Shown here: in pieces, positions 49,897 to 53,870 of the stretch
Numbering within the stretch: position 1 is the stretch's first letter
Layout: each line of letters opens with the position of its first letter
DNA from: Candidatus Aenigmatarchaeota archaeon
GTDB lineage: Archaea > Aenigmatarchaeota > Aenigmatarchaeia > CG10238-14 > SpSt-28
Assembly: GCA_025057985.1 (NCBI GenBank)
Contig: JANXEV010000004.1
Span: 1 to 53,870, forward strand
Reading direction: 5' to 3'
Length of the DNA: 53,870 nt
Translations under genes and position numbers: made by a program
Notes under the pieces: generated by a model
The model's input: only the letters and a program-made list of their open reading frames with translations
Databases searched by the model: none
Told to the model about the DNA's origin: nothing

Positions 49897-50454
49897 ATGA
49901 AAATTGAATTCGAAAGGAAGGAAATCATAGATTTGCTTGTTTCGATTTTCATCCTAACTTTCATATTCTCTCTCACAAACTCCACAATAAAATTAAACTC
50001 AATTCCTTTGATATTTTTAATCGTTTGTTTTTCGTATATTCCAAGAATAGTAATACAAAAGTATTTTGCAAGGAAAATTGGATATGGAGCAAAATTTAAG
50101 ATTTACCCTGTCTCTTCTATACTAGCTATACTTTTTTCACCAATAGGGATAAAACTAGCTTCCCCTGGCTATAACGAAGTTCGGCCTTATAAATTCTCTG
50201 AATGGAAATACAAAAGGTTAAAGGGTTCTATAGAAGAAATAGCAAGGATTTATTTAAGCGGAGTGGTCTGGAATTTATTTCTCTGTATAATCTCAGTTGT
50301 TTTTAACCTTAACGTTGTAAAGGAAGTTAATGTTTGGATATCATTTTTTAACCTACTACCTATACTACCTTTTGACGGGGCAAAAATTTTGAAATGGGAT
50401 TTTAGCATATGGGCTTTCTTTTTTATTTTCACATTAATTTTATTGATATTATGA
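49897..50454 (+). CDS. M50 (site-2 protease)-like membrane protein lacking HExxH
   Basis: FNLLPILPFDGAK and ASPG present; expected HExxH reads PRIVIQK. Confidence 0.7.
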   Translation: MKIEFERKEIIDLLVSIFILTFIFSLTNSTIKLNSIPLIFLIVCFSYIPRIVIQKYFARKIGYGAKFKIYPVSSILAILFSPIGIKLASPGYNEVRPYKFSEWKYKRLKGSIEEIARIYLSGVVWNLFLCIISVVFNLNVVKEVNVWISFFNLLPILPFDGAKILKWDFSIWAFFFIFTLILLIL

Positions 50455-50894
50455 GATTTGTGTTAGAAAGGTTAAGAAAAGAGATTAGCGAAAAAAGATA
50501 CCTCGACACCGTTATTCACTCTTTTATTTCAATCGTACTTTGTATAATTTTTACAAAATTATTGAATGTGCCTTTGGAAAAAGTTTTAATATTAGTCTTT
50601 GTTGGATCATTCATACCAGATATAGATCATCTGCTACTTTACAAAAAAAGTAAGTTCAGAAGTTTTAAAAATTTTATAAGATGGATTATAAAAAGTGACA
50701 GGTATAGAGTAGGGTTTGAGCTATTTCACAACTTACCTGTAATTTTACTGATAATACTTTTCTTACCATATCTTTATCTTAAAACAAAATTTTCTTTCAT
50801 CTTCTTTACTGCATTTCTACTTCATCTCATAACAGACTTAGTATTGGACAGAATCGTGGTAAAAAATATAAGATGGTGGAGATTTGGTATTTAG
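50451..50894 (+). CDS. Predicted membrane-bound metal-dependent hydrolase
   Basis: H, PDIDH, FHN, HLITD motifs; start at ATGA overlap 50451. Confidence 0.7.
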   Translation: MRFVLERLRKEISEKRYLDTVIHSFISIVLCIIFTKLLNVPLEKVLILVFVGSFIPDIDHLLLYKKSKFRSFKNFIRWIIKSDRYRVGFELFHNLPVILLIILFLPYLYLKTKFSFIFFTAFLLHLITDLVLDRIVVKNIRWWRFGI

Positions 50895-51097
50895 TGCGTC
50901 AACTTTCTCAAAACAATCGCAAAAAGTATGTAAAGTATACCAATGGTAAGTGAAAGAAAATTCAACTTATAAACTATCTCAGATTCTTCATGCGGCACCC
51001 AAGTCAAAAAAGAAATCGATATGATTAAAAACCCGACCAACATCAATCCGACTACTATCAAGTTTATAAAGTTTTTATTTCTAATCCTTTTTGCCAT
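50891..51097 (-). CDS. Small two-TM membrane protein
   Basis: 68 aa, two hydrophobic helices, fills the gap before serS. Confidence 0.55.
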   Translation of the reverse strand: MAKRIRNKNFINLIVVGLMLVGFLIISISFLTWVPHEESEIVYKLNFLSLTIGILYILFAIVLRKLTH

Positions 51098-51158
51098 ATT
51101 TTTATTAAATCTTCAGTATTATAAAACTTATTAATTCTCAAATAAGTGAAAATATATA

Positions 51159-52442
51159 ATGTTAGATATCAATCTAATCAGAAAGAATCCCGAAATAGTG
51201 AAAAGAGATTTGGAAAAAAGGGGTGCGATAGAAAAAATATCCTTACTAAACGAAGTAATAGAATTGGATAAAGAATGGAGAAACATATTAAAACAGCTTA
51301 ATGCTTTAAGGGAAGAAAGAAACAGAATAACAACAGAAATAGCCAGGATGAAAAAAGAAGGTAAAGAAGTGGGAGAGCTAATGGAAATAGCTAAAGAATT
51401 ACCGAAGAAAATAGAGAGTTTAGAAAAGATAGAAGAGGAAAAAAGAAACAGGATTAAAGAAATTTTAATGAGTCTACCAAACATTTTACACGAAAGCGTA
51501 CCCGTCGGTAGGGATGAGAAAGACAATGTAACTGTAAAGACATGGGGAAGGATAAAAGAGTTTAAATTTCAACCGAAAGACCATCAAGATTTAGCTTTAC
51601 CGTTAGATTTAATCGACATAGAAAGAGCGGCAAAAGTGGCTGGGGCTAGATTTTACTATTTAAAAAATGGACTAGTTGAACTAAATTTAGCTTTAATAAA
51701 GTACGGTCTTGACTTTTTAAAAAATAGAGGATTCAGACTATTTCAACCACCTTATATGTTAAGGAAGGAAGCTCTTCAAGGTGCTATTTCTTTTTCAGAT
51801 TTCGAAGACATGATTTACAAAATAGAAGGAGAAGACCTATATCTCATAGGAACAGCAGAGCATCCTCTACTTGCTTATCATATGAATGAAATACTAGATT
51901 CAAAAGATCTACCACTAGCTTATGCTGGTATATCACCGTGTTTTAGAAAAGAAGCTGGCACTCATGGAAAAGACACAAAGGGAATATTTAGGGTCCATCA
52001 ATTTGAAAAAGTAGAACAATTCGTTTTTTGTAAGCCAGAAGAGAGTTGGGAGTGGCACGAAAAATTGTTAAAAAATGCAGAAGAGTTTTTCCAAAGTTTA
52101 GAAATTCCTTACAGAGTCGTTAACATATGTAGTGGAGATATAGGAAGTATCGCCGCAAAAAAATACGACATAGAAGCTTGGCTTCCTGGTCAGGGAAAAT
52201 ATAGAGAAGTAGTTTCATGTAGTAACTGTACGGACTATCAGGCTAGAAGACTAAACATAAGATTTAGGGAAGGGAATGAAACAAAATTCGTGCATACTCT
52301 AAACTCTACCTTGGTAGCAACAGAAAGAACAATGATAGCAATAATGGAAAACTATCAACAAGAAGATGGAAGTATACTAATACCAAAAGTTTTACAAAGA
52401 TACCTAAATGCAGAAAAAATAACAAAAGATGGGCTTAAGTAA
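51159..52442 (+). CDS. serS: Serine--tRNA ligase
   Basis: MLDINLIR, coiled-coil arm, GTAE, FRKEAG, RVHQFEKVE, SCSNCTDYQARR. Confidence 0.97.
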   Translation: MLDINLIRKNPEIVKRDLEKRGAIEKISLLNEVIELDKEWRNILKQLNALREERNRITTEIARMKKEGKEVGELMEIAKELPKKIESLEKIEEEKRNRIKEILMSLPNILHESVPVGRDEKDNVTVKTWGRIKEFKFQPKDHQDLALPLDLIDIERAAKVAGARFYYLKNGLVELNLALIKYGLDFLKNRGFRLFQPPYMLRKEALQGAISFSDFEDMIYKIEGEDLYLIGTAEHPLLAYHMNEILDSKDLPLAYAGISPCFRKEAGTHGKDTKGIFRVHQFEKVEQFVFCKPEESWEWHEKLLKNAEEFFQSLEIPYRVVNICSGDIGSIAAKKYDIEAWLPGQGKYREVVSCSNCTDYQARRLNIRFREGNETKFVHTLNSTLVATERTMIAIMENYQQEDGSILIPKVLQRYLNAEKITKDGLK

Positions 52443-52446
52443 ATTT

Positions 52447-53870
52447 CTAAAATAAAACTTCGAATATTTTTACTTCTGGGTTCGCGTAAACTAATTTAAA
52501 GTGTTGTAGATCTCTACCGTCGAAAAAGAACAGCTTTGTAAAGATACTGTTCGCTGTTTCTCGATCCATATATATGGCTGTTCTACCGTCAGTCCAAACC
52601 ATCCCATCAATCGAATTGGTTACATTAGAATAGTCAAAAACCATTTCAGTGTTGTAAACAAACACCAATTTTTTCACAACCATGTTTATAATTCCTTGTT
52701 GTGGAACGTTGAGTATTGGTACCAACCTATCGTTTTTAAACGCTATAGTCAAAATACCATTACCGTATACTAAATTTCCTTGTTCATCTACTCTTGTCAG
52801 TGGAAGTGCGACATATTGTCTTCCTTGAGCATATTTATCAAACCACTCTGAAGATTTAGCACAAGTTTCATAAGCTTGATATCCGTATTTTCCTAGACAA
52901 CTAGAAAAGTAGGTCAACCAATAATATTTTCCTATAAGGTCAGAACTAGCTATTAAATAAACTTTAGTAGAGTTTGTGCATGGATCTTGTTTCAACACGT
53001 TATCGTAAATTTTATTACCAAAACGTTTTTTCACTTCCTCACACTGCTCAGGCGCCAAGTAAGTATATTTTCTTAAGATTTCTAAAGCTTCTTTTTCATC
53101 GCTAGTAGAAAATACCCTACCCATGTCTTGAATTCTAATATTATGATTGTAAGGAATGCAAGCCGATGGACCACAATGCGCACCGTCAGCATGAACCTTC
53201 AAACCGGTGTATCCTGCTATGATATGACCTGGATCCCACCAAGTTGTCACCAAAGTCGTGGAATTTCCATTTTCTTTCAGCCAATCTAAGGCATTTCTCC
53301 AATTCTCACTAATTCCATAACCAGCAGAATATTGTTCACCAAAAACATAAGCATTAGAAAGTAGTTGTAGAGAGAAATAGAAGAGAATTCCAAAATACAT
53401 AGAAATCATTATTTCTCTATATTCTTTCATTTCTTGGATGTATCTTAAAAATCCTGCTATAACATACCCGGCAGAAAGAGAGGTAGCGACTGAAAAAATT
53501 AAAGCAAATCTAACGCCATGTAAAATCATGTAAAATGTTATCAAAGCGAAAAGGAATAAGAATATTTCCTCGAAATTTATTCTTTCTTTCCTAAAAACTT
53601 GTATCAATATCAAAGATGGTAGGCCGAATAATGTTAGTACCATTGGTAACAAACCTACACTTTGCGCAACTCTCTCAAAACCCGAAATTGTAAAAATGTT
53701 TATGCTTTGTAGCTCTGCGACTGAAACGTTAACTAGAAGTGTTTCAGCTACACCGACAAAACCCAAAGCCGAAAGTATACTCATGAAAATGTTCTCTCCC
53801 AACCACAGCTGCGTTATTATGTTGATAGAAATCACTATTATCAAGAATGGTAAAATCAACTCTTTAGCTT
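52447..53870 (-). CDS. aglB: Oligosaccharyltransferase AglB/STT3, C-terminal part (gene starts beyond the window)
   Basis: WWDPGH motif, DLIGK, TM helices; frame open to the window end. Confidence 0.88.
   Translation of the reverse strand, partial: AKELILPFLIIVISINIITQLWLGENIFMSILSALGFVGVAETLLVNVSVAELQSINIFTISGFERVAQSVGLLPMVLTLFGLPSLILIQVFRKERINFEEIFLFLFALITFYMILHGVRFALIFSVATSLSAGYVIAGFLRYIQEMKEYREIMISMYFGILFYFSLQLLSNAYVFGEQYSAGYGISENWRNALDWLKENGNSTTLVTTWWDPGHIIAGYTGLKVHADGAHCGPSACIPYNHNIRIQDMGRVFSTSDEKEALEILRKYTYLAPEQCEEVKKRFGNKIYDNVLKQDPCTNSTKVYLIASSDLIGKYYWLTYFSSCLGKYGYQAYETCAKSSEWFDKYAQGRQYVALPLTRVDEQGNLVYGNGILTIAFKNDRLVPILNVPQQGIINMVVKKLVFVYNTEMVFDYSNVTNSIDGMVWTDGRTAIYMDRETANSIFTKLFFFDGRDLQHFKLVYANPEVKIFEVLF

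Overview
A chromosomal segment of a low-GC archaeon, most likely DPANN (Aenigmarchaeota-like by inference from the unlinked 16S gene, the three-unit tRNA-splicing endonuclease and the class-III signal peptide cluster). It holds a pilin/adhesin-like surface cluster (1-6642), a 16S rRNA gene, housekeeping genes (endA, leuS, serS, polB, nth, sufBC-like, ADP-forming acetyl-CoA synthetase, lutAB-like, aglB), the rpoH-rpoB''-rpoB'/A'-rpoA''-L30e-nusA-S12-S7-EF2-EF1a cluster, three intron-containing tRNA genes and SRP RNA. The main signal is RNA-level. The 16S gene (minus strand, 6728-8651) is split by seven short ORF-less bulge-helix-bulge (BHB) introns. Three of them have box C/D guide-RNA architecture with antisense elements to the host 16S itself, which suggests rRNA introns that encode their own rRNA 2'-O-methylation guides. 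The tRNA-Leu gene carries two mutually exclusive 7-nt anticodon exons (CAG and TAG), each with its own BHB partner, which suggests alternative splicing into two isoacceptors. Also notable: 3-nt and 12-nt rRNA micro-exons, an Rpo2C-Rpo1N fusion, altered decoding-centre motifs in 16S and uS12, an SRP RNA apparently lacking helix 6, and an unannotated 32-aa acidic/Trp peptide ORF. All structures were derived by eye; no database searches were run.
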